From Eledone cirrhosa (Eukaryota), in the NCBI GenBank assembly GCA_964016885.1, contig OZ024744.1, positions 62,620,001 to 62,684,000 on the forward strand: DNA of 64,000 nt. The letters run 5' to 3'. The position numbers were made by a program, and so were the translations under genes. Of the stretch, positions 1-13,452 are shown piece by piece. How positions within the stretch are numbered: the first letter of the stretch is position 1; each line of letters opens with the position of its first letter. The notes under the pieces were generated by a model, which had not been told where the DNA came from, ran no database searches, and worked only from the letters and a program-made list of their open reading frames with translations.

Positions 1-835
1 TATCTCATATGAAATAATACAGCCAATTACCCACACAATACAATATAGTTAGCACCCCAAACGTTTAATTGGGAATATACTCAGGTATTTCCTAATGTTT
101 GTTGAGTGAGTTGGATTTTGGTCAGTGTATCGCTTTTAACTTTCTCCGATTATGTATTTATATATTTACTCTTGGAGCAACAGATATGAACTTTCCCGAT
201 ATAAGGTATGACTCTCTTTGTTTATTTTTTATATGAATATTGATTATTTGTTCTTGTATCTTATTCTGTTAATATGCCCGAAAAGCGATGCGCACATATG
301 GTTATTTTTTCATATCCAATTGAGTTCTTAGCACGTGGCTTGAATTCTTGTCAGAGTTCAACGACCTGCGCGTGCATTGTTTTTGGCGGTAGCCTCCTTC
401 CTCCCATTTTCGGGACAGTGTGAGATTTTCTTTAGAACTGCTGGACTAACAACCTAGCAGTCCCCTCAAGCACTGATGGTGATTATCGCTAAATATTGAT
501 GTTGATTTTGTTATCAATATTAATGTTATTGGGCACCCACTGAAGAATTATAAGAGCCCACTTGAATAAGTATCTGTTGATCTTATACAAGCTTCTACAT
601 AATTTGGTATAATTTCACCCAACTTGTAGAAATCTTATAATGAAACGAGTCGTCAGGGAAGGGATATATTTGATATATCTCATATGAAATAATACAGCCA
701 ATTACCCACACAATACAATATAGTTAGCACCCCAAACGTTTAATTGGGAATATACTCAGGTATTTCCTAATGTTTGTTGAGTGAGTTGGATTTTGGCCGG
801 AGTATCGTTTTTAGCTTTCTCCGATTATGTATATA
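1..835 (+). mobile_element. Penelope-like element pseudo-LTR region (partial tandem direct repeat)
   Basis: About 155 bp at 1-155 recurs at 676-830 (period 675), is preceded by a hammerhead motif and ends in (TA)n. Confidence 0.6.
536..658 (+). ncRNA. Putative type I hammerhead ribozyme with expanded, branched stem II
   Basis: CTGAAGA 540-546; stem II ATTATAAGA 547-555 / TCTTATAAT 633-641; GAAAC 642-646; stem III ACG-agt-CGT; GTC site ending 654; stem I CCC/GGG with an A-A mismatch. Confidence 0.7.
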
Positions 836-845
836 TATATATATA

Positions 846-2443
846 ACTTCACGATGGAATACAGCCATCAACAACTCCCCTTCCTCGACATCCTCATTAA
901 GATACATAACAAAAAAATAGAAACGGACATATACTACAAGCCCACAGACTCCAAGCAATATCTTCCTTTCAACTCTTGCCACCCTAGACACGTTAAAATT
1001 AATATTTCCTACAACTTAGCCAAGAGAATCTGTACTATAGTCTCAAATAAAAACACCTGCCACTTACGGCTACAAGAACTAAAGGACACACTCATAGGTA
1101 GAGACTACCCTGCATCACTAATTGACAATGGAATCCAACGTGCCCTAAAACTCAGTACCCATGACCTTAGACACCCTAAAGTAAATCAACCGAAACTAAA
1201 AGCTCTTCCATACATCTCCACACACAACCCCCTCAACAATGAGGCCTTTGACACCATCCCCCAGAACATCCCTGTGTTGAAAAAGGACCATAGAATGAAC
1301 CAAATCCTACGAACACACGATATCATAAAGAGCAGAAGACAATCTAAGTCAATGAAAAACATCCTAACACATGCCAAAGTACTGCCAACCACAACAATGA
1401 AACCCACAGTAAAAAAAATGCGATAGACCCAACTGTGGCATATGCATCGACCTAATAGAGGGTTCGGAATTCTATTTCAAAGAAGGACAACGTTTTATAG
1501 TAAAACACAATTTCACATGCGCATCAGAAAATCTAATATATGTATTAACTTGCTCAGGTTGTCGAGAACAATACATAGGCCAGACCAAAAACAGCCTCCG
1601 CCAACGCATGACTGTCCATAGATCCCAAATTAAAATACGGGAATACAGGAAAATACCACTGAGTGAATACATTGATACCTGTGCCGCCCAAAATCATCCC
1701 AACTTCAGAATCTTTCCCCTCTACAAATTTAAAGATAATGCCACCCACACCCAGCGCATCAGCAAGGAATCTCACTTTATTAACAAATACAGACCCCGTC
1801 TAAACACTTCTCCCTAAGACGAACCCACAACATACACACATCAACATACATACCTACATCAGCATACATCTCTATCCACATATAAACACAATGACATACG
1901 TAAACACACATGTTCTATGGTGCAACACAAATATACACAAATTTGCATACCTTTTGATGTCTATAGATATAAACGTGCCGACACACACACATACATAAAC
2001 GCACACATGCATTGCACACTAATGGGCACATACATATTTGTACACAAGTATTCCAATACGGCAAGCCTAATGGATTCCCCTTGCAGTGCGTACAATCTGG
2101 ACACTCACACACACCTTGGTATTATGCCAATACTATATATCATTTCACACCTTTTATTATTAAGGTTTTTGATGTTCTATTGAGAGAATCGTTTTTACTG
2201 AAAATATCGAATAATGTACACCATTTTACCAGTATCACAAAAATACTGGTCCACCCACACACACACATATATACACACACACATACACACGCGTACATTA
2301 ACATACAAAGAGACATATACACTCACACACACACTTTTCCGTATAAGACAAGAGCTGAAAAATATCTTTTAACATGTTAAAATATCCCCCACACACTTAC
2401 AGACACATTCCTACTGACCATCCCTCTACCACGAATTACTCTG

Positions 2444-2538
<95 letters not shown>

Positions 2539-3080
2539 TCTTAATAGGCATTTGAACTGTCAACAGGCTGCGGTTCGCACACACATCCCTGCTGACCATT
2601 ATCACAACAACGAACCTCTTTACTACTACACACACATATTTGTTTTGAAAGACTTATTTTTCAGTGACTTCTCAATCAGCCGACACAAACCTACATTTGG
2701 CGCAAAATCAATTTTTAACATTCACATGACCTCTACCGACCAATCAAAATTGTTTTGACCACAAGAATTTTTGCAACAGGAATTGGCGCGAAACTTATTT
2801 TAATACATCTCGAGCCACTTTTTTCACATAAAAGAGGGAGAATTTCCAAAACTAATCAGATTAGAGCAAACATCACGGGCGCTCTATCTCAAAATTATTT
2901 TTGAAAAGCATTAGAAATGCGCAACCGGTAAAACTTAAAACCAAAACTGAATACTAACCAATACTATTACTAATTTTCACTTATTCCTAATTAAACTATT
3001 TTTCACTGTGAACAATTTGTCAGCATTTTCTTTTCCGTTTACCAATATATCATAACTCGTGTGTTACACCTCTATTCTTT
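846..3080 (+). mobile_element. 5'-truncated Penelope-like retroelement (RT C-terminus + GIY-YIG + 3'UTR), frameshifted
   Basis: FTME..LPFLD..TDIYYKPTDSKQYL..SCHP motif (ORF 827-1426); downstream frame LIYVLTCSGCREQYIGQT..LRQRM and ORF 1608-1817 match the GIY-YIG region; flanked by (TA)n. Confidence 0.9.
2446..2535. repeat. (CA)n microsatellite
   Basis: Seen directly. Confidence 0.95.
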
Positions 3081-3191
<111 letters not shown>

Positions 3192-3263
3192 GTATAGCGA
3201 AGAAATACCGATGATGGTTGGAAGATCACTGATGAAGGACCACTTTATTCATATATATATATG

Positions 3264-3306
<43 letters not shown>

Positions 3307-3311
<5 letters not shown>

Positions 3312-3471
3312 AACCAGTAAGACCCCGACAGCTGAGCTCAAGCCGTTTCGACGGCTAATTCTGGACTCAGCTGTCGGGGTCTTACTGGTTCCTATTACCC
3401 ACTCTACTACCTCAAGTATTGAGTACTTTGGTGCGTTATGGTCCACCTGGTTCCTTACCACATTTCCTTCG

Positions 3472-3473
<2 letters not shown>
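3307..3473. mobile_element. Short fold-back PLE-end insert (hammerhead 3' half + tail) in (TA)n
   Basis: 30-bp perfect inverted repeat spanning 3307-3395 plus a tail homologous to 9509-9590 on the opposite strand. Confidence 0.7.
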
Positions 3474-3540
<67 letters not shown>

Positions 3541-3544
3541 CATG

Positions 3545-3580
<36 letters not shown>

Positions 3581-3584
3581 CATG

Positions 3585-3643
<59 letters not shown>

Positions 3644-3653
3644 ATATATATAC

Positions 3654-4258
<605 letters not shown>

Positions 4259-4305
4259 GTGTGTGTGTGTATATATATATACATATAAATATGTATATAT
4301 ATACG

Positions 4306-4390
<85 letters not shown>

Positions 4391-4393
<3 letters not shown>

Positions 4394-4465
4394 CAAGCGT
4401 TAACCTAATATATACCTTCCATATACTGTACCAATTGTGTTGTTATTTCTGTTTACCTTTTACAT

Positions 4466-4467
<2 letters not shown>
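4391..4467 (+). mobile_element. Short PLE-type 3' tail in (TA)n
   Basis: Near-identical to about 21217-21295 (minus) and similar to 53165-53240, which lies just downstream of a hammerhead. Confidence 0.55.
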
Positions 4468-4520
<53 letters not shown>

Positions 4521-4525
<5 letters not shown>

Positions 4526-7316
4526 ATACTTTGGGAGGGTCATGTTGCCAATAAGAAACACACGCATCAGTTGCTTTCACTTCAATTTATTATAATAAAT
4601 TTATAAATTTCCGGTTGGTTGGTTGGTTCCACAACCAGATGGTTGTTTATATATTGTCAAAGTTCTTTCGTCACACATTCTGTGACCTCTTCAGTGACTG
4701 GGGATTCTTTTCTTTGTTTGTGTGCCTCTCCTTTGTTCTGTCCTACGCCATCTTGTTTCTGTGTGTGTGTTGTGTGCTCAGTCAGCGCATGCGCCACATC
4801 CGGGTGTCTGTGTGTGTTTATATTTGTTTATTTATTTGTTTATTTACATGTTACATGTTGGTTGTTTGTTCTATGTGCGTGTGTGTTTTCATTTTGTCCT
4901 TAATTGTAAGTTGTGATGTTGCTGTTCCACTCATGTTTTCTATTTAATTTTGGTTGTAATTCTTTTATGTTTATTGCCTCTGTGATTTGTCTAAACATTG
5001 CGTCTTTTCTGTGTGTAGATTTTATTTTTATTTCTATATTCTCTAATTTACCCTTATGTTCTATTTTAGCATGTTGGTAGAGTACAGATGATTCTTTACT
5101 ATCTTGAAGGTCTCGCCAGTGTTCATTTATCCGTTCCCCTACACTACGAGCTGTCTCACCTATGTACACTATATTTTTGTCTCTACATTGTCCTTCAGTA
5201 CATCTTATGCTATACACTACATTTCTAGTTTTACAGTTAATATGGAGGCTTAATTTACAGGTTATACATTTCTTATCTATACAGGGGGTCTTTGAAAAGG
5301 GTATATCTTGCTAATAAGTGTTTTTATGGAGGTATCTGGTCTTTCTACTATCTTAATATTGAGTTTATGTTTATCTAGGGCCCTTCTAAATTTGTAAGCT
5401 AATTCACCTCTAGGGGTTGTATCGATGAACATTACACTCTGGTATTTATTGCTATCATACCATGAGTTTATTCTATTAACCTTATTCCTAGTTCTTTCTA
5501 TTCTATTCCAAAATTTGCACCTATACAAGGGGCAAGTCCCATTTGTGTCATTATTTACCATTTTTTCCCATTTGGTTCTGGCTCCTCTATACACTCTGAT
5601 TTTATCTCTCTGATTGTAACCAGAGAACTGTATACGGTGGATGAAGTGTTGTATGTGTCTCTCTAGTTTTTCGGGGTTGCACATGCGGGACACGTTTCTC
5701 ATCACCCGTACCAAATCCTCAATCAGTCTGTTGATTTTGGTATGGTCCGAAACAGCTGAGTTTCGGTGGATCAGATATTTGGAAGTCATGGGTTTGGCAT
5801 AATGGGAATGGAGGATTTGTTTTTTGTTATTAATGGTATCTAACCAGAGCTCTGTGTCTAGTACAGGTAATCGATGGTTGGGGTGTTTGCTTGGGTAGTC
5901 TATAGTAACTCTAATACTCTGGTGGATGGAGTTAGCTATTTGCTGGATGCTTTCCATGTGTTTTTCTCTAATTCCTGACTGTTCTCTAGTGGGGGTGTTT
6001 TAACTACGATGTTTATATCATCAACGTAGCGGGAGTACATTATCAGGGTTAAGGGGTCTTCTAATTGTTCTTTAAGTTTAAGTCTACTGTCCCACCATAC
6101 CAGGAATAAGTTAGCTATGTCGCCTGCAATGCTAACACCAATGGCTGCTCCTTTCTCTTGGGCATATGTTTTCCATTAAATTTGAACATATGTTCCTTAA
6201 GGGTTAAGTTTATGCTGGCCCCCACCGCATGTGCAATCATTTTCTTTAGTTCATCGTGGTTTTCGGGGGTCCGTATGGCTCTGGTCCACCCGTTCCATCT
6301 ATCTGTGTGGGCTTTCTTGGCCATTGAGGTAATGGTAGGTGGTCTGCCTCTTGCTGGTCTTGTAGGGCACAGGTTGCTAAGGTCATATGTGTCTAGGTAA
6401 TTATTACTATAGGTAAGTTTAAGTAGGAGTCCCAGCTCACTGGTATCAATCCCACGGAACTCAACATTGCTCTCACTGATCATTTCTACGCATTTCTCCA
6501 CGGCAAAATCCACGTCAATAGATGGATACAGGGACACAACATCCATACTACCTATTATGCAGTTTGTTAGGTCCCTAGATCAGTTACTCTCGCCGATTCC
6601 GCTGAGGAGGTCCTCCATGCTGTCACATACATCTGGGGACATTTCAATGATGGGACGTATGATCAGGGAGAGGAAGTAGGACAGTCTGTAGTTACTAGCA
6701 ATGTTAGCTCCACAGACTGGCCGTGTTGGTGGTCCCGTGACAGGGTCACTGCCCGTATTATGGTCTTTTCGAAGCCCATACAACGCTGGCACGTTATTGT
6801 TCCAGGCCTGGAAGTTGTTGGCAGTCCTTTTGTTGGGCTGCATTATATTTGTCCACATCCCCATATGGGCTTTGAGGGCTTTTTCTCTATCCTCATGCTC
6901 TTGTGGTGTTACTTCTCTAACAAACTGCATAATAGGTAGTATGGATGTTGTGTCCCTGTATCCATATATTGGCGTGGATTTTGCTGTGGAGAAATGCGTA
7001 GAAATGATGAGTGAGAGCAATGTTGAGTTCCGTGGGATTGATACCAGTGAGCTGGGACTCCTACTTAAACTTACCTATAGTAATAATTACCTAGACACAT
7101 ATGACCTTAGCAACCTGTGCCCTACCTGTGGAACCAACCAACCAACCGGAAATTTATAAATTCCTAAATTTATAAATTTATTATAATAAATTGAAGTGAA
7201 AGCAACTGGTGCGTTTGTTTCTTATTGGCAACATGACCCTCCCAAAGTATAACAATATCGGTTTCAACACACGTTTTCAGATAAAGAATCTTGCTAAACA
7301 AATTCAGAAACGAAAT
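4521..7316 (-). mobile_element. Penelope-like element (RT + GIY-YIG) with inverted pseudo-LTR
   Basis: RT motifs YGLRKDH, TRPVC, SMDVVSLYPSI, RYVDD, LPVLD; GIY-YIG VYSIRC..IVYIGETARS (4900-5217); 4521-4633 is repeated inverted at 7127-7256 with a further tail of about 60 bp. Confidence 0.9.
4656..4698 (-). ncRNA. Minimal type I hammerhead motif in PLE 3'UTR
   Basis: Minus strand gtca-CTGAAGA-g-gtcaca-gaatg-tgtgac-GAAA-gaac-tt-tgac; stem I gtca/tgac, stem II gtcaca/tgtgac. Confidence 0.7.
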
Positions 7317-7334
7317 ATATATATATATATATAT

Positions 7335-8964
7335 ATCATCATCATCATCATTTTATGTCCGCTCTTCCCTGCTTGCAAGGGTGGGACGGGTCTTATTCAG
7401 CACAGCATCTCTCCACTTGTCACGGTCCTTCGTCATCTCCTCCGTGAACTTCAGCATTCTGAGGTCTGTTCTCACCACCTCCGCCCATGTTTTTCGTGGT
7501 CTACCTCTACCACGTCTTCCTACAACCGGCATTTCCTGGCACTTCTTCACCCATCGGTCATCCTCCATGCACATCACATGTCCATACCACCTCTGTCTCC
7601 TCTCCCGTACACTACATTCTATCCCTTTCAGACACAGTTTCTCTCTCAACACATTCATGCTGGGTCGTTCACGCACATTGACACTGCACATCCAACAGAG
7701 TATGCTTGTCTCATTTCTCTCCAGCCGTCGCATATCCTCTGCAGGTTGCTACCCATGTCTCACTACCATGCAGCATCGCGCTCCTCACACAGGCATCATA
7801 TAACCGGCCTCTCGTACGCAGGGAGAAGCCCTTCTTCATCAGCAGAGGAAGCAGCTCCCTAAACTTCTTCCAACCCGTCCTTATTCTAGATACTCTGGCC
7901 TCGGAACACCCCCCTCCCATGCTAATCTGATCTCCTAGGTACCGGAAGCTATCCACCACTTCTATAGCACCCGCGTGCATTTGAAAAATGTGTCTATCAA
8001 TGCGACTTCTGCTGTCCAATTTCCCTGTACATCTACTGCATACATATTTCTCCTTACCTGTTAGTTTGCCTGCTATCCCACTACATCTCTTGTGTACCCA
8101 GGATCTGCATTGTGTGCATTTTATAGAATTTATGCCAGTTCCTTTTCTGCATATCGAACATGGCCATTTCCCTGACGGAATCAGTTTTGTCCTCTTTTCT
8201 ACTCATCAACACTTTTGTCTTAGCTAGGTTCACTCTCAGTCCTCTTGCTTCCAACTGCTGTTTCCATAGCCAGAATTTATTCTCTAGCTCCCCTACTGAT
8301 TCTGCTATAAGAACCAGATCGTCAGCATAGAGAAGTTCCCATGGACAGCCAGTCTTAAACTCCTCTGTTATGGCTTCGAGGACTATAATGAACAAGAGCG
8401 GGCTGAGGACTGAACCTTGATGTACTCCTACTTGTATCTGGAATTCCTCACTAAACTCCATTCCTACCCTGACTTTACTGACAGTACCTCTGTACAAAGT
8501 TTGCACTCTCCTCACAAGCCATTCCTCAACACCTAGTTTCCTTAGGATCACCAGATGACAGATCGGGGTACCCTATCAAAGGCCTTCTCTAGGTCAACAA
8601 AGGCTAAGTATAATGGCTTATTTTTCTCTAAGAACCTCTCTTGCAATTGTCTCACCAAGAAGAGGGCATCTGTTGTACTCTTCCCAGGCATAAAACCAAA
8701 CTGCATCTCATCTAGTTTGACCCTTTCTCTAATTAGTTGTGCTAATATCCTTTCTGCCATTTTCATAACCTGATCCATCAGTTTTATACCCTTATAATTG
8801 CTCCTCTCCAGAGCACCCCCTTTACCTTTGTAGCAATTTATGAGAATACTGCTGCACCAGTCTTTGGGTATGATACCATCATATATAGCCTGATTGATGA
8901 TGCGTGCAACCAGTTTAGTGCCTACATCCCCTGATACCTTCAGCATCTCAGCCACTATTCCCGA
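7335..8964 (-). mobile_element. RTE-clade LINE, 5'-truncated, disrupted
   Basis: QFGFMPGKSTTDA, FVDLEKAFDRV, GVHQGSVLSP, YADD, RGRPRKTW; (GAT)n tail into (TA)n. Confidence 0.95.
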
Positions 8965-9500
8965 CCATGGTGGTGTATACGAAAAACCATAACACTGTTT
9001 TGCTTCTCATTCTTAATATTTTAAATATTTCTCTGCACACAAGCTTCTATATCATACATATAAAATACTATACAACCCCCATAATACTCTTGATTGCCCG
9101 CTTAAAGTGCTTATATTCCATATAACACATTACCGCACTATAATCTTATATAAATAGGACACACGTGCATGCCCCACGTGTAACTAACTACTTCTAACTA
9201 TCCTCCTGCATCATCATCGTAAACTGCCAATCTTGTATTATAACTTTAATGTTGTTGTAATTTTAATATGACTTTAATCTTTGAATGTAAACTGCCATGC
9301 TTAAATATTATAATGGATGTCAACCCACTGTGCATCAATATATACATATGTTTCTGTATGTCTCTTGTGTTGAAAAGGAGGTCAAGTATGTAAACAATCA
9401 TTGAAAAATTGCTCCGAACACTCCAAACCTCGGTTTGGAAGAAACAATTGTAAGCGAATAAATGGTTTAAACAGAACTTTGATTCATGTAATTTCTATAT
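8965..9500 (+). mobile_element. PLE 3'UTR remnant with degenerate hammerhead (9411-9455)
   Basis: gct-CCGAACA-c-tccaaac-ctcg-gtttgga-a-GAAAC-aatt-GTA-agc, then AATAAA and (TA)n; the core is mutated relative to CTGANGA. Confidence 0.5.
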
Positions 9501-9508
9501 ATATATAT

Positions 9509-9716
9509 AACGAAGGAAGTGTGGCAAGGAACCAGATGGACCATAACGCACCAGAGTACTCAATACTTAGGGTAGTAGAGTGGGTAATAGGAAAAAGTTC
9601 AAGACCCCGACGGCAGAGCTCAAGTCGTTCGACTGCTATTTCTGGACTGAATAGCCACCAAAAATAGCCGTTGAAACGGCTTGAGCTCTGCTGTCGGCGG
9701 GGTCTTGAACTTTTTC
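9509..9716. mobile_element. Short fold-back PLE-end insert, same family as 3307-3473
   Basis: Hairpin of about 125 nt (9591-9716) containing GAAACGGC..GCTGTC; shared tail; TA flanks. Confidence 0.7.
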
Positions 9717-9745
<29 letters not shown>

Positions 9746-9747
<2 letters not shown>

Positions 9748-10081
9748 GTGGAAGCTCGGTTCTCGAACTTAATTCATTCCTGAAGGCCGTTCGTCACCCA
9801 AAATGTTTGTAAACCGAAACTATTTTTCCCATACGAAATGTTGAGAGAGAAATACAGTGAGAGAGACTGTGGGAAAGACAGATAGATATCACCATAGTAA
9901 CTAACTAGACAGCAAGTGACGCTTTTCCTCCGATACTCCCAGCTTGTCGCCAACTGTCGTTGTCAGTTTCTGTTTTCGTTACACGAGACACTGTTCGTCA
10001 ACCGAAACGTTTTTATGTTCGGAAAAATTGTTCGTGAACGGATTTGTTCGTGATACGAGGCTTTCGTGAACTGAGGTTCCA

Positions 10082-10084
<3 letters not shown>
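9746..10084. mobile_element. Tc1/pogo (Tigger-like) MITE
   Basis: TIRs CAGTGGAAGCTCGGTTCTCGAA / TTCGTGAACTGAGGTTCCACTG, TA at right flank. Confidence 0.8.
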
Positions 10085-10159
<75 letters not shown>

Positions 10160-10470
10160 GTATATATATATAATACAAAAATTAGTTAAGCTGTTAATAT
10201 AAATATTCTCGTTATGTGTTGATTAGTCTTTTCTTTCGTTTCTGCCCTCCACATACAATCTGGAAAGGTATCATTATAATAAAGTGATTTATTTGGATTA
10301 CATCAATGTTTCTCGACCCTTTTTGCCCTCTGCTTCACTTCGAACCCCACCCTAACACACACACACACACACACAATGCACTATAATTCGACAAACTCAA
10401 TATATAGCATAATATATACACCCCAATCTGAAATCCCGCAACCCACCAAAATATTGCCATTTCTATTTTA

Positions 10471-10672
10471 ACACTTTTGATACCAACTCACCCAAAACCA
10501 TTTTAAAGGCTAACTACTTAAATTAAAACTTTCCAATAGAATATTAAATGAGAACATGTTGTTATGTTATATATAGCAGTTTAATAAAATTATAATCTTG
10601 GTAAATCTTTCCCAAATGCTTCCTTAATTAATTAGAATCAAAGTTTTTTATTAGACATATAGTAGTGAAAGG
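10471..10672. mobile_element. Possible decayed piggyBac-type MITE
   Basis: TTAA on both sides; imperfect TIRs CACTTTTGATAC / GTAGTGAAAGGG. Confidence 0.4.
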
Positions 10673-11609
10673 GTTAAGAAAAACACTAAATTGAAATCTT
10701 CTCATCTTGGTTGTTAGTGAGTGAGAAACCCAAATGTGTCTATGTGTGACAGTGGACTACATCTTAACTGCTAAGAATCAACTCCGCAAATCTCCTCTTT
10801 GACTCTTGGAGCCGGCTATTTATCACTATCACTCATTCTGTCTCCGGAGCACAAGAATAAGCAGATGACCATTTGCTATGTCAAAATCTCAGACATATTG
10901 GCAACTAAAAACCTATCCACAATGGTAACTTATCGATGATGTCACCAAAGGCCAATTTAATGGTGGCCTCTTAATAGTATGAAAGAAACTCTATTGAAGA
11001 GAGTATCAAATTACTGCTACACATATCAGATGATATTAGATTTCAGTAGTTAAATGTTTGTCTTTTGTTATTAAGTTGAAAGTTACTTATTTCATTAAAC
11101 CTCTCATAATTCTCCATTATTTTAATTAAAACACAAAGACTATATAGTCTTGTTAGATATGTTGTCACAAAAGTTAAAACTCCTAAAGCCCATTGCTTAA
11201 TTGGCTCACAGTCGTTATAATTGTTGATCAACTTTTAAGTGAACTAGTTTACCTGCTGGTCATATATTCAATCCCTGTGTCTAAATTCAATCCCTGTATC
11301 TAAGCAAATTTGGACAGTTATTAGGATATTTGATTAAATGCCTCAGTATTTGTTTCAGTTTACTGTGCATTAACTGTTCAAATGCTACCAAGGTCAGCTT
11401 TATTTATTAAGGTGGGATGTGAACTCAGAACGTACTAAACCAGATCTTCTATAATTCCACCAGTCTACCACTGCTGAAAAGATAAAAGGTAACATACCTG
11501 TCCATGAGCAGTAGATTGGCAGAATTGTCAAAAATACAGCTTTGTGTGTTCTGAGTTCAAACCTCACATCCTTCTGCCAGGAGTTGTGACCAGCAGATAA
11601 TATCAGCAT

Positions 11610-12010
11610 TCATCATCATCATCATCACCTTCATTTTTACATCCATCTCTTCATGCTGGCATGGGTTGGATATGATGTTTTGAGACTACGTTTTGTTGCC
11701 AGATGCTCTTCCTAATGCCAACCTTTTTAGTCACCTCCTAAACACAGGGATTTGGTCTATCTGTTCTTAATATATATCATCATCAACAAATAACATCTAT
11801 TTACAATGCTTGCATGGGTTAGACAGTTTGTCATATTTTGAGGCTAGACTAGTCAGGTGACCATGTCTTGCTCATACATTCCATTTTTGGCTTGGATTCT
11901 ATGAACCATCCTATCACCAACCACTTTACAGCATGCACTGGGAGCATGGTTTCTATGGCTGGATGCCTTTCCTAACACCAAACACTTTACAGTGTGTACA
12001 GGGAATGTTT
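11610..12010 (-). mobile_element. Old RTE 3'UTR fragments
   Basis: (CAT)n followed by GCATGGGTT and GGATGCCTTTCCTAACACCAA motifs shared with younger RTE copies in this window. Confidence 0.6.
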
Positions 12011-12211
12011 TATCATGACTTATTTGAACTAGTGGCTTCAACTTGGTTTCTAAAGCCACAATATTTCAGCCATTGTACTCTCCTGAACCTTTTCAGTTGC
12101 ATATAATATACCAATAAAATTCTTGAAATTTTTAACCAAATCCTTTGTTCAAAGCACAGAGAGAGATTGTTCTAACTCCATTATCCATACCTGGGAGATG
12201 GAACTGGAGAT

Positions 12212-12296
12212 CATTCTCGTATTAATCAGGCCTAAAACTGCTTGACCCCAGTGATCAGATAAGAACTGCTGTTTTCAATATGACATGACCATGAGT
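12212..12296 (-). pseudogene. Decayed 5S rRNA copy (about the first 85 nt) or 5S-derived SINE head
   Basis: Minus strand CATGGTCATGTCATATTGAAAACAGCAGTTCTTATCTGATCACTGGGGTCAAGCAG..GGCCTGATTAATAC aligns by eye with metazoan 5S; many differences are CpG transitions. Confidence 0.75.
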
Positions 12297-12603
12297 TGCT
12301 CATACAGCACACTGCATTCCAAACTTGTTGTCACTCATCAAAGTACTAATAGTACTTGACTGTAATATTTATGACTTCTGACATACAAAAAGCTACTACT
12401 TATCTAGAGTTGACTGAGCGGGAATGCAGTAGATTAATTCAAAATTGGTATTTGACTGAAGCATATTTTATCAACCCCCTCCCCCCTCCATTCACACACC
12501 TGGAAAGAAATGAAAGGCAAATTCAACCTCAGCAGGATATTTGAATTTAAAAATGACATAACTAAGTACCATGAGAGTCATGCATTATTTCATATATATA
12601 TAA

Positions 12604-13442
12604 TCATCATCATTTTACGTCCGGTTTTCCTTGCTTGCAAGGGTGGGACAGGTCCTATTCAGCATCTTTCAATTTGTCACGGTCCTTCATGATCTCCGTG
12701 AGCTTCAGCGATCTGAGGTCAGCTCTCACCACCTCTGGCCATGATTTTCGTGGTCTTCCTCTACTGTGTCTTCCTTCCACTTGGATTTCTTGGCACTTCT
12801 TTACCCAGCGGTCATCTTCCATGCGCATCACATGTCCATACCAACACAGTTTTCTCTCCTGTACACTACAGCCTATCCCTCTTATACACAGTTTCTCTCT
12901 CAACTCATCTATGCTTGGTTGTTCACACACATTGACATTGCACATCCATCAGAGCATGCTTGCTTCATTTCTCTCCAGCCGTTGCATATCCTCCACAGTT
13001 ACTGCCCATCTCTCACTACCATGTAGCATCGCATATCTCACACAGGCATCATATAACTGGCCTTTCGTTCGTAGGGAGAAGCCCTTTTTTGTCAACAGAG
13101 GAAGCAGCTCCCTAAACTTCTTCCAACCCATCCTTATTCTAGATACTATGGCATCGGAGCACCCTCTGCCCTTGCTAATCTGATCACCTAGGTATTGGAA
13201 GCTATCAACCAACTCTATAGATCCTACCTGCATTTGAAAAATGTGTCTATCACTGCGACTACTACTGTCAAATTTCCTTGTACATCTACTGCATATGTAC
13301 TTTTCCCTACCTGTTAGTTTGCCTGCTATCCCACTACATCTCTTGTATATTCAAGATCTGCATTGTGTACATTACAGAATTTATGCCAACTCCTTTTCTA
13401 CATTGCCATTTCCCTGATGGAATCAGAGTTTTGTCCTCTTTC
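12604..13442 (-). mobile_element. RTE LINE 3' fragment
   Basis: VDSFQYLG, LYDACVR, WYGHVMRM, RGRPRKSW; (GAT)n tail. Confidence 0.9.
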
Positions 13443-13452
13443 TTATACCTAT

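Noticed and set aside
2845-2930. Possible branched hammerhead in the first PLE 3'UTR
   Set aside because: Two hairpins and GAAA are present, but CTGANGA and the NUH site are unrecognisable.
3195-3252. CTGATGAAGGAC as a hammerhead (sibling at 54029-54075)
   Set aside because: No stem II partner or GAAA follows; more likely a short retroelement tail read on the other strand.
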